Shown: positions 21,615-32,751, counted from the stretch's first letter. The stretch: 64,000 nucleotides of DNA from an uncultured Desulfosarcina sp. (GCA_963674945.2 CAXXWQ010000003.1:1440001-1504000); one strand, 5' to 3'. The notes: a model not told the origin generated them from the letters alone. Made by a program: numbers and translations.

Positions 21615-23420
21615 CTAATCGGCGAAACAGGCCGGATCCATCTCCAGGGTAATCGGATCGGTATCCAGCAGCCGTTCGATCAATGCCCTGGTCTTGGGCA
21701 GTTCGTAGTGAAAGTAATAGCGGCCGGTGTGCCACTTGCCTTCATAAAACCGTTTTTCGGATTTGGAAAGGTTTGCCGAAAGCCTTTGGTCGGCGGCTAT
21801 CATCTGGAGCAGCCACTGCCAGGCGACGGTCACCAGGGAGAAGTATTCCAGGTACAAGGTGGCATCGGCCAGGTAAACGGCCGTTCCATTCGAAGCGGCG
21901 CGCGATGTGAGTGTCTCGGTAACCTCTACCAGCCGGGTGAGGGCACGATCCAACCGGTCGACATAGGGTTCCAGGCGGTCGGTTTCACGTGCCCTGGAGA
22001 GGGCACCTCGAACCTCTTCAACGAAAAAGGTGAACGCCTTTCCGTCCGCCATTCTCACCTTTCGCCCCAAAAGGTCCATCCCTTGAATGCCGGTGGTGCC
22101 TTCGTGGATGGGATGAATGCGGGTGTCACGAAAGTACTGCTCAACGGGAAAATCTTCGCAGTAGCCGTATCCGCCCAGGCACTGGATCGCCATGCTGGTG
22201 GAAAGAACACTGGTTTCGGAAGGGTAGGATTTGGCCACGGGGGTGAGTAGATCAAGCAGCAGGGCCGCCCTTTCCTTCTCCTTTCCTTCCAGTACGTGTT
22301 CGAGGTCTGCGTACAAGCAGCACTGCATGAGAAGACAGTGGGCACCCTCCACGAAGGCACGCTGAAACAAGAGCATTCGCTTCACATCGGCGTGCCGGAT
22401 GATGGGCACCTGGGGGCTGGCAAGATCTTTTTCGCCGATGACACGGCCCTGGGGGCGCTTTCGGGCATACTCCAGTGCCGCGTAGTAGGCGGCCGTGGAG
22501 ATCGCCGCGGCGCCGGCGCCGACACCGATCCGGCTGCTGTTCATCATCTGGAACATGTAGGCCAACCCGTTGTTGGCCGATCCCACCAGATAACCCCGGC
22601 AATCATCCTTGTCTCCCATACTCAATTCGGTGATGGGGGTGCCCCGGTAGCCCATCTTGTGGTAAATCTGGGTGACGGTGACGTCGTTTTCTTCAAGACC
22701 GCCATCACCGGTGGGACGTTTGCGGGGAACGATGAAAAGGGAAATTCCCTTGACACCCGCCGGCGCGCCCTCGATTTTTGCCAGCATCAGGTGCACGATG
22801 TTGTCCACGCCGTCGTGATCGCCGGCGGAGATGAAGATCTTCTGGCCGCTGATATGGTAGAACCCCTTGTCGGTCGGGACGGCGGTGGTGGTGATATCGG
22901 CCAGGCTGCTGCCGGCCTGGGGTTCGGTCAAGGCCATGGTGCCCTGCCATTTGCCGCTGAGCATATGCGGCACGTAGGTTTCGATCTGCTCTGGACTTCC
23001 GAAGGAGGTGATCAGGCGGGCCGCCTTGGACGTCAGCCCCGCATAGGCGGCGGCCGCATAATTGGCCGCGCAAAAGACGAACTGGTAGCAATCGGAGATC
23101 ATGTGGGGCAGCTGTTCGCCGTCGAATTTTTCATCGAATCTGGCGGCGATCCATCCTCCCTCGCCAAATGCCCGCATCAGGGACCGGACCGATGGGTGGA
23201 CCTTGACGCGACCGTTCTCCATCACGGGTTGCCTGCGATCCATCTCCTCGCATACCGGATACAATAGGTCTTTGGCCATCTTGATGCCGGCGTCCAGGAT
23301 CATGTCGAAGGTCTTCTTGTTGTGCTGGGAAAAATAAGGGTACCGGGTCAGCTCGACGATGTCGAAGACCTCGTAGAGCAAAAACTGCAGGTTGCGTTTG
23401 CTGACGAACTTGGATGTCAT
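21615..23420 (-). CDS. acyl-CoA dehydrogenase (long, C-terminal-extended type)
   Basis: [45 protein letters not shown]. Confidence 0.95.
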   Translation of the reverse strand: MTSKFVSKRNLQFLLYEVFDIVELTRYPYFSQHNKKTFDMILDAGIKMAKDLLYPVCEEMDRRQPVMENGRVKVHPSVRSLMRAFGEGGWIAARFDEKFDGEQLPHMISDCYQFVFCAANYAAAAYAGLTSKAARLITSFGSPEQIETYVPHMLSGKWQGTMALTEPQAGSSLADITTTAVPTDKGFYHISGQKIFISAGDHDGVDNIVHLMLAKIEGAPAGVKGISLFIVPRKRPTGDGGLEENDVTVTQIYHKMGYRGTPITELSMGDKDDCRGYLVGSANNGLAYMFQMMNSSRIGVGAGAAAISTAAYYAALEYARKRPQGRVIGEKDLASPQVPIIRHADVKRMLLFQRAFVEGAHCLLMQCCLYADLEHVLEGKEKERAALLLDLLTPVAKSYPSETSVLSTSMAIQCLGGYGYCEDFPVEQYFRDTRIHPIHEGTTGIQGMDLLGRKVRMADGKAFTFFVEEVRGALSRARETDRLEPYVDRLDRALTRLVEVTETLTSRAASNGTAVYLADATLYLEYFSLVTVAWQWLLQMIAADQRLSANLSKSEKRFYEGKWHTGRYYFHYELPKTRALIERLLDTDPITLEMDPACFAD

Positions 23421-23484
23421 TGTATCGATACCTATGGGCGTAGGTGTACCATGAGTGAATCTGAAAATCCGTAGTAGTAGACCA

Positions 23485-26136
23485 CTAGAATGCCGATCGA
23501 AACAGCGCCGCAACGCCATCCGGACTCACCGGTGCCGGGTTGGTGAGGGTGGCTTCATCGGCCAGTGTCAATCCCACACATTGGGCAAGATGATTCTTCG
23601 CCACACCCAGTTCCCTCAGGTGCCTGGGGTGTCCGATGCGATGGAGCAATTCGGATACGGCATCCGCACCGGCCAATGCAAGGGCTTCGTCTCCATCTTC
23701 GCGACATCCCAGCGCCCGGGCGACCCGGGACAGTTTCTCGGGACGTGCCTTGGCATTAAAACGCATCACATGGGGAAGCAGAACGCCAATGGCCGATCCG
23801 TGATGCACGTGGCAAACCGCACCCAGCGCATGGGCCATGCCGTGGGTGAGTCCCGTCCCGGCGCTGGAGAATGCATACCCCGCCATGGCGGCGGCGATCT
23901 GCATCTGGGACCGCGCCTCGGCATCTTCCGGTGATGCCACGCATTTCGGCAGATACGCGGTGATCAACCGGATGGCTTGCAGGGCCATGCCTTCTGCCAC
24001 GGGATTGCCGAGTTTGCTCACTGCCGATTCGATGGCGTGGGAAAGCGCGTCCATGCCGGTGGCGGCGGTCAAACTGGCCGGCAATCCGGTCGTGGTCAAC
24101 GGATCGAGAATTGCCGTTTGCGGTATTATTTTATCGTCCAGGATATACACCTTGCGACCCAGATCGGTGTTGTGAATGACCGCCACATTGGTCACTTCGC
24201 TACCGGTTCCCGCCGTTGTAGGAACGACGAGATGGGGCAGCGGTTTGCCACGCATCATGAACATTCCGATGTGATCCATGGCCAATCCGCCGGCACCGAG
24301 ACATACTGCCGCGGCCTTGGCGGTGTCGATCACGCTCCCGCCTCCGATGCTCACGACGGCGTCCACACCGGCCTTGCGCCCCGCCGCGACAGCCCGGTCC
24401 ACCGTTTCCATGGAGGAGTCCGGCGGCACATCGGTGAATACCGCCTGCAGAAAAGAGCCCAGTGCGCCTTTCATTCGATCCAGGAGCCCGGCGCTTTCGA
24501 TACCCGGGTCACCGATCAGAAAAACGCGCCGGCCGCCCAGCCGCAGGATCTCCTCGGCCACGGCGGCGATTCGTCCGGGACCGATCAACAGTCGGGTGGG
24601 GCTGTTCCAGGCGAACAAGGTGGTATGCGGGTATGAGAGGAGCATCCGGTTTCCCAAACGGGCCACCGGTGCCCCCTCCGAGCTGACGTGGACATGTTTG
24701 ACTTCGGTGTATTCCGCCAGCCCGTATGTCCCCAGTTCCCGCCCGATGCCGCTTTGTTTATAACCGCCAAAGGGCATTCGGTCGGTAAAGACATGGTAGT
24801 CGTTGATCCACAAGGTTCCCGTGCGGACCTGGGCCGCCACCTTCTCGGCGCGGCCGATATCTTTGGACCAGACACCGCCCGCCAACCCGTACATGGAATC
24901 ATTGGCGATGGCGATGGCCTCCTCCTCGCTTTCGTATCGGATGACACTCAAGACAGGGCCGAAGATCTCCTCCCTGGCGATACGCATGTGGTTTTCCACA
25001 TCACTGAAAATCGTCGGCGCATAGTAAAATCCACCGGGATAGCCGTCCACTTCCACCCGGCACCCGCCGGTAACCAGTGTGGCCCCCTCTTCCTGGCCAA
25101 TGCGCACATACTTCTCTACATTTTCCAATTGTCTGGCACTCACCAGCGGCCCCATTTTGGTTCGCGGGTCCATCTGATAGCCCACCCGGATCTTCTCCGC
25201 CCGCGCCTTCAACCGGTCCAGGAATTCATCATGGATGGCGTCGGGAAGTAAAAGCCGTGTACCGGATTCACAGACCTGACCGGAATGGAGAAAACTGGCC
25301 AGGATCGCGCCATCCACGGCGGAATCCATATCGGCATCGTCCAGGACGATATTGGCGGACTTTCCCCCCAGTTCCAGGGTCACTTTTTTTATGCCGGCAG
25401 AGGCCATGGACATGATCCGGGCGCCCACCTGTGTGGAACCGGTAAAGGCGATCTTCTCCACCTTTGGATGGGTGCACAGCACCTGGCCCAACGCTTCTCC
25501 GGGACCGGAGATGACGTTGATGACGCCGGGAGGCACTTTTGAATCGGCAATGACGGCGGCCAGCGCCAGGGCGGAAAGCGGGGTTTCGCTGGCAGGCTTT
25601 ACGACCACGCTGTTTCCCATGACGGCCGCCATGGCAATCTTCCAGACGGCCATGACAAAGGGAAAATTCCAGGGAACGATCCCCACACAGACGCCAATGG
25701 GTTCGCGCCGGACATAATGGCGGCTGGGAAACCCGGGATTGCCGGCATCCGATGCGTTTTCGACCCAGGGGAATTCATTTTTCGCGATATTGGCGAGGTT
25801 GCGGATCAACATGGCACCGGTGATCAGATCCCACAGGGTCCGTCGCAGTATACCGCCACTGTCCATGGCTTCGATCATACCGATTTCGCCGGCGGCCAGA
25901 CGCAACCGATCACTCAGGTCCATCATGACCCGGGCGCGGTCGGCCGGTTGCATGTCGCGCCAGACCCCGCTTTCAAAGGACGCCGAAGCGGCCTCCACTG
26001 CATGCCGGGCATCGGATTTGTCGGCATATGCATAGGTGGCCACGACCTCTCTGGAACCGGGATCGACGCTTTCCCGGCGGCTGCCGCCGCAGGAATCGAC
26101 GAGGTCGCCACCAATGAGCATTCTGTAGTGTTTCAT
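23485..26136 (-). CDS. fusion of NAD(P)-dependent non-acylating aldehyde dehydrogenase and iron-containing alcohol dehydrogenase
   Basis: N-half: PWNFP, FTGST, LELGGKS, GQVCESG, EEIFGPV, PFGGYKQSG; C-half: GGGSVID, PTTAGTGSE, DALSHAIE, HGMAH, HHG. Confidence 0.92.
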   Translation of the reverse strand: MKHYRMLIGGDLVDSCGGSRRESVDPGSREVVATYAYADKSDARHAVEAASASFESGVWRDMQPADRARVMMDLSDRLRLAAGEIGMIEAMDSGGILRRTLWDLITGAMLIRNLANIAKNEFPWVENASDAGNPGFPSRHYVRREPIGVCVGIVPWNFPFVMAVWKIAMAAVMGNSVVVKPASETPLSALALAAVIADSKVPPGVINVISGPGEALGQVLCTHPKVEKIAFTGSTQVGARIMSMASAGIKKVTLELGGKSANIVLDDADMDSAVDGAILASFLHSGQVCESGTRLLLPDAIHDEFLDRLKARAEKIRVGYQMDPRTKMGPLVSARQLENVEKYVRIGQEEGATLVTGGCRVEVDGYPGGFYYAPTIFSDVENHMRIAREEIFGPVLSVIRYESEEEAIAIANDSMYGLAGGVWSKDIGRAEKVAAQVRTGTLWINDYHVFTDRMPFGGYKQSGIGRELGTYGLAEYTEVKHVHVSSEGAPVARLGNRMLLSYPHTTLFAWNSPTRLLIGPGRIAAVAEEILRLGGRRVFLIGDPGIESAGLLDRMKGALGSFLQAVFTDVPPDSSMETVDRAVAAGRKAGVDAVVSIGGGSVIDTAKAAAVCLGAGGLAMDHIGMFMMRGKPLPHLVVPTTAGTGSEVTNVAVIHNTDLGRKVYILDDKIIPQTAILDPLTTTGLPASLTAATGMDALSHAIESAVSKLGNPVAEGMALQAIRLITAYLPKCVASPEDAEARSQMQIAAAMAGYAFSSAGTGLTHGMAHALGAVCHVHHGSAIGVLLPHVMRFNAKARPEKLSRVARALGCREDGDEALALAGADAVSELLHRIGHPRHLRELGVAKNHLAQCVGLTLADEATLTNPAPVSPDGVAALFRSAF

Positions 26137-26155
26137 TATCCCACGCAACTCCCTT

Positions 26156-27862
26156 TCATCTTCTCATCTGCTCTTCGCTTCTTTTCACGCCCTGTTCACC
26201 AGTCGGCGACAAGTTGCCGTCGGCGTATCGTTTTCGAATGGCTTTCTTGTCCATTTTGCCCACGCTGGTCTTGGGAATCTCGTCGAGGATCACGTATTTG
26301 TCCGGCACGGCGTATTTTGGAATCAATCCGTCGGATGCCGCCTTGGCCATATGTTCCTTTAATTGAGAAATCTCCAGGGCTTGTGTAAGATGCGGCTGAA
26401 GGACCACGATCATGAGCGGTCGTTCTCCCCATTTGGCATCGGGTATGCCGATGGCAGCGGATTCCATCACCGACGGATGCCGGCTCATGACATCTTCGAG
26501 ATCCAGTGACGAAATCCATTCGCCGCCGCTCTTGATCACATCCTTGATGCGGTCGGTGATTTTCAGATACCCTTCATCGTCTATGTGCCCGATGTCGCCA
26601 CTGTGCAACCAGCCATTGCGCCACAACTCGGCCGTTCTTTCCGGTTCCTTGTGGTAGGACATGGTAAGCCAGGGAGCACGCATCACCACCTCACCCGTCG
26701 ATTTACCATCATGGGGAAGCGGATTGTCTTCCGGATCGACGACTTCAATCTCCACCAGCGGCATGGGCACACCGGTCTTGGTGAGAATATCGATGCGCCG
26801 ATCCATATCCCACTCCATCATATGATCTTTGGGGCGGGCCACACTGACGACCGGACAGGTCTCCGACATCCCGTAACCGGCAACGATATCGATTCCCGCA
26901 TCCACCGCCATTTTTGCCAGTCCCCTGGAAAGGGGGGCACCGCCGATGCTGACCTTCCAATGGGAAATGTCCAGTTTCTGAACGGCCGGACTGGCGAGAA
27001 TCATCTGCAAAATGGTGGGCACGCAATGGGAGAAGGTGACTCTCTCGGTGAGAATCAAACGGAGCAGCATTTCGGGTTCGTACCTTCCCGGATAGACCTG
27101 TTTGGTGCCCAGCAACGTGGAAATATAAGGATAGCCCCAGGCATGGACGTGGAACATGGGGGTCAGGGGCATGTAGACGTCCCTGGAACGGAAACCGCCG
27201 ACATTTTCATAGCATCCGCTGCCCACCGCGATCCCCAGGGTGTGAAGAACCAACTGCCGGTGGGTGAAATGCACCCCTTTGGGATTGCCGGTCGTGCCGG
27301 TGGTATAAAACGTGGTGGCCTTGGTGTTTTCGTCCAGATCGGGAAAGTCAAAATGCGGCGCAGCATCGGCCAGCATATTCTCATACTCGCCATCCACCGG
27401 AAGATCGGTGATGGATGGTCCCTCTTTTTCGACCAGGGCGACGACCTTTCCAACGCTCGGCACTATGTCTCTGATCGCCTGCCAGATGGGCAGAAAGTCG
27501 GAGTGGATGAACAAGACCTTGGGTTCGGCATGATTTATGGTATACAGTGCCTGATCGGCGGAAAGCCGCCAGTTGACCATCTGCAACACGGCGCCCATCA
27601 TGGGTATGGCAAAGTAGGCTTCCAGGAAGCGGTGGCTGTCCCAGTCCATGAACGCCACCGTATCGCCCTGCCTTATCCCCAACCCGTTCAGGACGTTGGC
27701 CAGTCGGTGTACCCGCCGGACCATCTCCCGGTAGGTGAAACGAAACTGGTCACGGTAAAGGATCTTTTGGTCGGGCGCCACCACCATGGGCGTGGTCAGC
27801 AGCTTTTTGATGATTAACGGATAGTTGTAGCATTCTCCAGGCTGAAACGTTTTTTCACTCAT
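26156..27862 (-). CDS. fatty acid--CoA ligase (AlkK/DmdB-like)
   Basis: YTTGTTGNPKG, PMFHVHAWG, GYGMSET, DRIKDVIKSGGEWISS, PKTSVGK. Confidence 0.95.
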   Translation of the reverse strand: MSEKTFQPGECYNYPLIIKKLLTTPMVVAPDQKILYRDQFRFTYREMVRRVHRLANVLNGLGIRQGDTVAFMDWDSHRFLEAYFAIPMMGAVLQMVNWRLSADQALYTINHAEPKVLFIHSDFLPIWQAIRDIVPSVGKVVALVEKEGPSITDLPVDGEYENMLADAAPHFDFPDLDENTKATTFYTTGTTGNPKGVHFTHRQLVLHTLGIAVGSGCYENVGGFRSRDVYMPLTPMFHVHAWGYPYISTLLGTKQVYPGRYEPEMLLRLILTERVTFSHCVPTILQMILASPAVQKLDISHWKVSIGGAPLSRGLAKMAVDAGIDIVAGYGMSETCPVVSVARPKDHMMEWDMDRRIDILTKTGVPMPLVEIEVVDPEDNPLPHDGKSTGEVVMRAPWLTMSYHKEPERTAELWRNGWLHSGDIGHIDDEGYLKITDRIKDVIKSGGEWISSLDLEDVMSRHPSVMESAAIGIPDAKWGERPLMIVVLQPHLTQALEISQLKEHMAKAASDGLIPKYAVPDKYVILDEIPKTSVGKMDKKAIRKRYADGNLSPTGEQGVKRSEEQMRR

Positions 27863-27982
27863 GATGCCGGTCTCCTTCGCCTAGTTGCGCATCGCCGTAA
27901 AACTTCTCTTTGAATTGCATGCACGAACGGATTCCACACAATGGGTTGAACGCTGTCTCACCAGAGACATCGATCCCCGATC

Positions 27983-28747
27983 CTACTTCCCCTTGAACAC
28001 CGGTTTTCGTTTTTCGATGAAAGCGGCGAACCCCTCTTTTCGGTCTTCCGAAGCGCCCACGATTCTGGATCCCTCTTCTTCCACCGCCAGCCCCTTCTGC
28101 ATCCCCTCGTAGGTCCACGCCGAGACCGCTTTGAGGACACAGCTGACGGCGATCGGTGGTCGCGCGGCCAGACGTTCGGCAAAGGCCATGGCGTCTTCCA
28201 TCAGCGAAGCGGGGGAAGAGAGCTGATTGACCAGTCCGATCTCGAGCGCCTGCCGGGCATTGATGGTTCTGCTGAACAGCATCATATCCAAAGCCTTTGC
28301 CTTGCCCACCACCTGGGTCAATCGCTGGGTCCCGCCCCACCCGGGAATGATCCCCAGATTGAGCTCCGTCAGGCCGACGAAGACATCGGGACCATCGGCC
28401 AAGATGCGAAACTGACAGGCCAGGGCCAGTTCCAGACCGCCCCCCATGGCAAAACCGTTGATGGCGGCGATCACCGGCTTGGAAAAACGGTCGATCCGCG
28501 TCCACAACTCACGTCCCTTGGTGCTGATCTCGGAGGCATTGGCCGCATCTTTGACGTCGAAGCCGGCGGAAAAGCACCTCTCTCCGCTTCCCGTGATGAT
28601 CACTACCCGGACATCGTCATCCTTTTTCACCGTTTCCACGGCCTCTTCAAAGGCCTTCATGGTTGCAAGGTCCCAGGCGTTTGCCGGCGGATGGTCAATG
28701 GTAAGAATGGCGATCTGCCCTCTTTTCTCCACAAGGATGTTTTCCAT
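27983..28747 (-). CDS. enoyl-CoA hydratase/isomerase
   Basis: FSAGFDV, AMGGGLELAL, ELNLGIIPGWGGTQRL. Confidence 0.95.
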   Translation of the reverse strand: MENILVEKRGQIAILTIDHPPANAWDLATMKAFEEAVETVKKDDDVRVVIITGSGERCFSAGFDVKDAANASEISTKGRELWTRIDRFSKPVIAAINGFAMGGGLELALACQFRILADGPDVFVGLTELNLGIIPGWGGTQRLTQVVGKAKALDMMLFSRTINARQALEIGLVNQLSSPASLMEDAMAFAERLAARPPIAVSCVLKAVSAWTYEGMQKGLAVEEEGSRIVGASEDRKEGFAAFIEKRKPVFKGK

Positions 28748-28842
28748 CTCTCTTCCTGTCTGCTTTTATGTCGTTATTTGTATTTTCATTCCGCTTTTTC
28801 GTCTACTTCATGTAATTGCCATGGATCAGTTGTATCCAATAG

Positions 28843-28858
28843 AGCAATTTTGCTGCCA
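28843..28858 (-). promoter_or_regulatory. sigma54 (-24/-12) promoter heading the beta-oxidation operon
   Basis: minus strand TGGCAGCAAAATTGCT = GG-N10-GC, about 95 bp upstream of the hydratase start. Confidence 0.75.
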
Positions 28859-29092
28859 TAGGGATTGCGCACATGGAAAAAGAGAACAATGGGTCTTGTT
28901 TTACGTGTTTGCGATGGATTCTCACTATTTGCCGGAGACGGTCAAAAATGAGTGCGAAATGTATAGCTTTATGGACATTTGGCATATTATCATGGATAAC
29001 ATGCTGTAAGGATATTATTTTTTATGGGATGACGAGAAACATCTACATGTATAGGTTCACCTTCATTTTCCTTCCGGTGAGGCGGCGATCGC

Positions 29093-29869
29093 CTACCTGC
29101 TTTCCGCCCCGCCTTTGGTAAACCGGCGTTGGAGCCGTTGCATTCCGCCGACCCAGCGATCATAGTCCGCCGTTTTTCGTTGCATGTAGGTTCGCACTTC
29201 CGGGTGCGGAAGAATCATGAACCGATTCTCGCAAAGTCCCTGAATCACGTGATCGGCCACGATCTCGGGTTCGAGCATGCCGTCCACGGCGGCGACACCG
29301 CCGCCCCGACGCGTCATGGCGGTCCGAACGGCCTGCGGGCAGATCACGGAAACCCGAATCCCGCAGTCACCATAGGTGATGGCCAGATTCTCCGCCAACC
29401 CCACCGCGGCGTGTTTCGTCACCGAGTACGGAGCCGATCCGATCTGGCTGAGCAGGCCCGCTGCCGAGGCGGTGATGATCAGCCTGCCACCGCCGCGACG
29501 GAGCATTTCCGGTACCATCGCTCTGGCTGCATAGACATGGGCCATTACATTGATTTCCCAAATCGTCTGCCATTTTTCATTGGGAACATCGATGTCCCCT
29601 TTGATCATGATGCCCGCGTTGGAACAAAAGATGTCGATGGGCCCCAAACGCGATTGTGCCTCCTGTACCAGGCGGATCATTTCGGCTTCCTTTGCAACAT
29701 CGCAGCCGAACCCCGTGCCGCCGATCTCCCGGGCGACTTTTTGTGCGTCCCCTTCATCGATGTCGGCGACTGCCACCTTGGCCCCGTCCCTGGCGAATCG
29801 TCGGCACAACGCCTCCCCAATGCCGCCGCCACCGCCGGTGACCGCTACGACTTTTCCTGAAATGTTCAT
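29093..29869 (-). CDS. short-chain dehydrogenase/reductase
   Basis: TGGGGGIG, SNAG, TASAAG, YSVTK. Confidence 0.93.
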   Translation of the reverse strand: MNISGKVVAVTGGGGGIGEALCRRFARDGAKVAVADIDEGDAQKVAREIGGTGFGCDVAKEAEMIRLVQEAQSRLGPIDIFCSNAGIMIKGDIDVPNEKWQTIWEINVMAHVYAARAMVPEMLRRGGGRLIITASAAGLLSQIGSAPYSVTKHAAVGLAENLAITYGDCGIRVSVICPQAVRTAMTRRGGGVAAVDGMLEPEIVADHVIQGLCENRFMILPHPEVRTYMQRKTADYDRWVGGMQRLQRRFTKGGAESR

Positions 29870-30085
29870 GCTTCTTCCTGATTCATTGGTTATGAATCTC
29901 CGATCACCTGCAGAGCAGGTGGTTTGATTCGGCCCACTCGAAGAGGATTAAAATCCAGACCGATAAACGCCGAACATCGAACGTCCATAAATAACTTCTG
30001 CCGATTGAGTGTCTCGCCGGACCGGACCGAACCTCTCCGGGTCGCTCTGGCAGAGTCCGAAGTTCAATCCGCTGTAACTTTACTT

Positions 30086-30844
30086 CTACGCCAGCGCGCC
30101 CCCATCACAGGTAATGGTCGTACCCGTCGTAAAACTGGCCGCATCGGAAACCAGGTAGAGAACCGCTCCGGCCATTTCCTCCGGTATGGCATGCCGCTGC
30201 ATGGGAATACGGGACAGCGCACGTTGGTAGATCGACTCATTTTCGATCAGCGCTTCCGAAAATTTCGTCGCGGTCAATCCAGGCAGCAGTGCGTTCACGC
30301 GGATCTTCTTCTCCGCCAGTTCCTTGGCATAGGCCTTGGTCATGGCAATCACACCGGCCTTGGTGATGGAATAGATCCCCTGCATGGGTGCGGGACTGAC
30401 GCCGTTGATGGAGGCCACGTTGACGATGCTACCACCGCCGCCGGCGGCCATCAGTTCGGATGCCTTCTGGATCAGGAAAAAAGGTCCTTTGAGATTGACA
30501 TCCAGGGTTTTATTCCAGGCCGATTCGGGAGCCTTGGTCATGGGACCGAAATAGGGATTGGTCGCCGCGTTGTTGATCAGGATGTCGAGCCTCCCGTAGG
30601 TGTCTTTCACCCGCTCGACCAGTTGCTCGATGCGGGAGAGATCCCCCATATGACAGGCGAAACCGTCGGCCCTGCCGCCGCCGGCGTGGATTTTTTTCTG
30701 TACGGCTTCCAGGCCTTGTGTCTTTCGGCTAACGAGAACGCACGATGCGCCGCACCGGGCCAGCGCAACGGCAATGGCTTCTCCGATTCCTCTGCTGGCG
30801 CCGGTGATCAGGGCAATTTTCTCTTCCAGGTTGAATGAGATCAT
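30086..30844 (-). CDS. short-chain dehydrogenase/reductase (DHRS4-like)
   Basis: TGASRGIG, NNAATNPYFG, YSITK. Confidence 0.93.
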   Translation of the reverse strand: MISFNLEEKIALITGASRGIGEAIAVALARCGASCVLVSRKTQGLEAVQKKIHAGGGRADGFACHMGDLSRIEQLVERVKDTYGRLDILINNAATNPYFGPMTKAPESAWNKTLDVNLKGPFFLIQKASELMAAGGGGSIVNVASINGVSPAPMQGIYSITKAGVIAMTKAYAKELAEKKIRVNALLPGLTATKFSEALIENESIYQRALSRIPMQRHAIPEEMAGAVLYLVSDAASFTTGTTITCDGGALA

Positions 30845-30854
30845 CTTCGTCCTT

Positions 30855-31859
30855 TCATTCAGGGTCGTTTTCTTTTGCTTCGTCTGTCGGGCAGGCATCC
30901 ACCACCAGTTGGATGAAGGGCACAAGTTCTTCTACGATACAGATGTCGGCTTCGGAAAAAATGGGAGCGTGGGGGTCGGTGTTGATCGCCACCACGAATC
31001 CGGCCCCGCGCATTCCCACTCTATGCTGGGCGGCACCCGAAATGCCACAGGCAATATAGAGCGCCGGCGAAACCGTGGCACCGGTAACGCCGATCTGCCG
31101 CTCGTATCCGAGCCAATTCTGATCGCAGACCAGGCGGGTGCCGCCGACGGCCGCCTTGGGAAACAGCGCCGCCAGCCGCCTGATCCATAGGAGGTTTTCC
31201 TGTCCGCCGATTCCCATGCCGGCAGCCACGATAACCCTTGCATCGTTGAAATCGGCGGTTTGGGTCATCGGTTCCAGGTAACCGAGAAATTGTGTGGTGG
31301 CGGGCGGTTCATTGCTTTCGATTACGGTGACAGTACCGGGCAGCCCGCCATCGTTGCCCTTTGGCCGAAAGCTGCCGGGTTGTACCGTCACCAGGGTGAT
31401 TCCGTCTTTCGGTCCATAGCGGCCTTTGACCTTGCCGCCGAGCAGATCCTTATACAAAGAGATGGCACCGTCGGTACAATCGACCCGATCCACACCGGTG
31501 ATGCAGCCGGCACCGATGTCCACGGCAACCGACGGCACCCATTCCGCACCAAAGGCGTTATCCGCCGCAAGAACGTATGACGGCAACGCTTCCTGGATCC
31601 GCGGTCCGAGGATCCGACGATAGGCCTCGTGGGTGTAGTCGGCAAGCACCGGGTCGGATATAACGGTCACATCATAACCGCTGCCACAGGCGATCTCTCT
31701 GGCCGCGTCATTCACTTCCCATCCGAGGATCACCACCCGGACGGTGCACGGTGTTTGCTCCCGAATGCGTTCCGCCATCCCCAAAGGGGCCTCGGCTCCT
31801 GCAGCAATACGGCCGCCGACGCTTTCCATGACGATTACAATATCACAATGATTTGGCAT
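30855..31859 (-). CDS. etfA: electron transfer flavoprotein alpha subunit
   Basis: QIGVTGATVSPALYIACGISGAAQHRVGM..VAINTD. Confidence 0.9.
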   Translation of the reverse strand: MPNHCDIVIVMESVGGRIAAGAEAPLGMAERIREQTPCTVRVVILGWEVNDAAREIACGSGYDVTVISDPVLADYTHEAYRRILGPRIQEALPSYVLAADNAFGAEWVPSVAVDIGAGCITGVDRVDCTDGAISLYKDLLGGKVKGRYGPKDGITLVTVQPGSFRPKGNDGGLPGTVTVIESNEPPATTQFLGYLEPMTQTADFNDARVIVAAGMGIGGQENLLWIRRLAALFPKAAVGGTRLVCDQNWLGYERQIGVTGATVSPALYIACGISGAAQHRVGMRGAGFVVAINTDPHAPIFSEADICIVEELVPFIQLVVDACPTDEAKENDPE

Positions 31860-32649
31860 GATCGGATAAAAACGCCTTGTCTTGTAAAATGGCAATCAAC
31901 GTCTCTGCCTTTTCCTCAGCCGTTCCCTTCAGCACATTTCCCGTTCTGGATCGTTGCGGCATGAACGTTCCCATGAACGAAGGGATGGAAGCCGTGGTTG
32001 AACCGGCATTCATTGGGATCGTCTCCACTTTCTGCCGATTGGCGCGCAAGAGGTTTGAAAGGGATGGGTACCGCGGCCGGTTGATGCCGGATTGAACTGC
32101 CAGTACGGCCGGCAGCTGGAGTCTCAGTTTCATCCGGCGGCCACTTTCGATCTCCTTTTCAACGACAACGGATCCATGGGCAATGTCCAGCTCCATGCGG
32201 ACCACGTGGATCGCACACGGCAAATTCAGGCAGGCCGCCACCCGCGGCCCCACCTGCCCGTTCATTCCATCCTCGGACATGCTGCCGGTCAAGATCAAAT
32301 CATAGGCTTTCGACTGCGCATAACGGGCGATACCCGCTGCCACCGATTCCGGCCCCTCTTCGCCGTTTTCCGATGATCGCAGATGAATACCGTTTCGCGC
32401 TCCCATGCCGACGGCGCGACGGATAACGTCCAACGCACGGCCCGGACCCGCCGTAACCGCATCCACATGTACCTGCTGGACCGACGAGAATTCCTCCCGG
32501 ATTCGAACCGCCGCTTCGACGGCAAACGCATCATACTGATTCATATGAAAGGTGGTCGCCTCGTCCACCATCGCACGCCCGTCGGCCCCTTCGGCAACGG
32601 CCAGGGCATCCAGATCCGGTACCTGCTTAACACAGACAAGAATATTCAT
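31843..32649 (-). CDS. etfB: electron transfer flavoprotein beta subunit
   Basis: ILVCVKQVPD, NQYDAFAVEAA, INRPRYPS. Confidence 0.9.
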   Translation of the reverse strand: MNILVCVKQVPDLDALAVAEGADGRAMVDEATTFHMNQYDAFAVEAAVRIREEFSSVQQVHVDAVTAGPGRALDVIRRAVGMGARNGIHLRSSENGEEGPESVAAGIARYAQSKAYDLILTGSMSEDGMNGQVGPRVAACLNLPCAIHVVRMELDIAHGSVVVEKEIESGRRMKLRLQLPAVLAVQSGINRPRYPSLSNLLRANRQKVETIPMNAGSTTASIPSFMGTFMPQRSRTGNVLKGTAEEKAETLIAILQDKAFLSDHAKSL

Positions 32650-32751
32650 AAGATTCCAAATGGGGTAGTATCGCCTGAATTGAGCGCTTCATCTTTCTTG
32701 AACAGGGTTTCAATTGGCAGTCTATTTTCCTGTAGGCCGTCGCCGGCAGGA

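Noticed and set aside
23485..26136. Calling the fusion adhE
   Set aside because: The ALDH half has non-acylating family motifs
29966..29987. CGAACAT-CGAACGT heptamer pair
   Set aside because: Too short to call; at most a relic of a heptamer repeat
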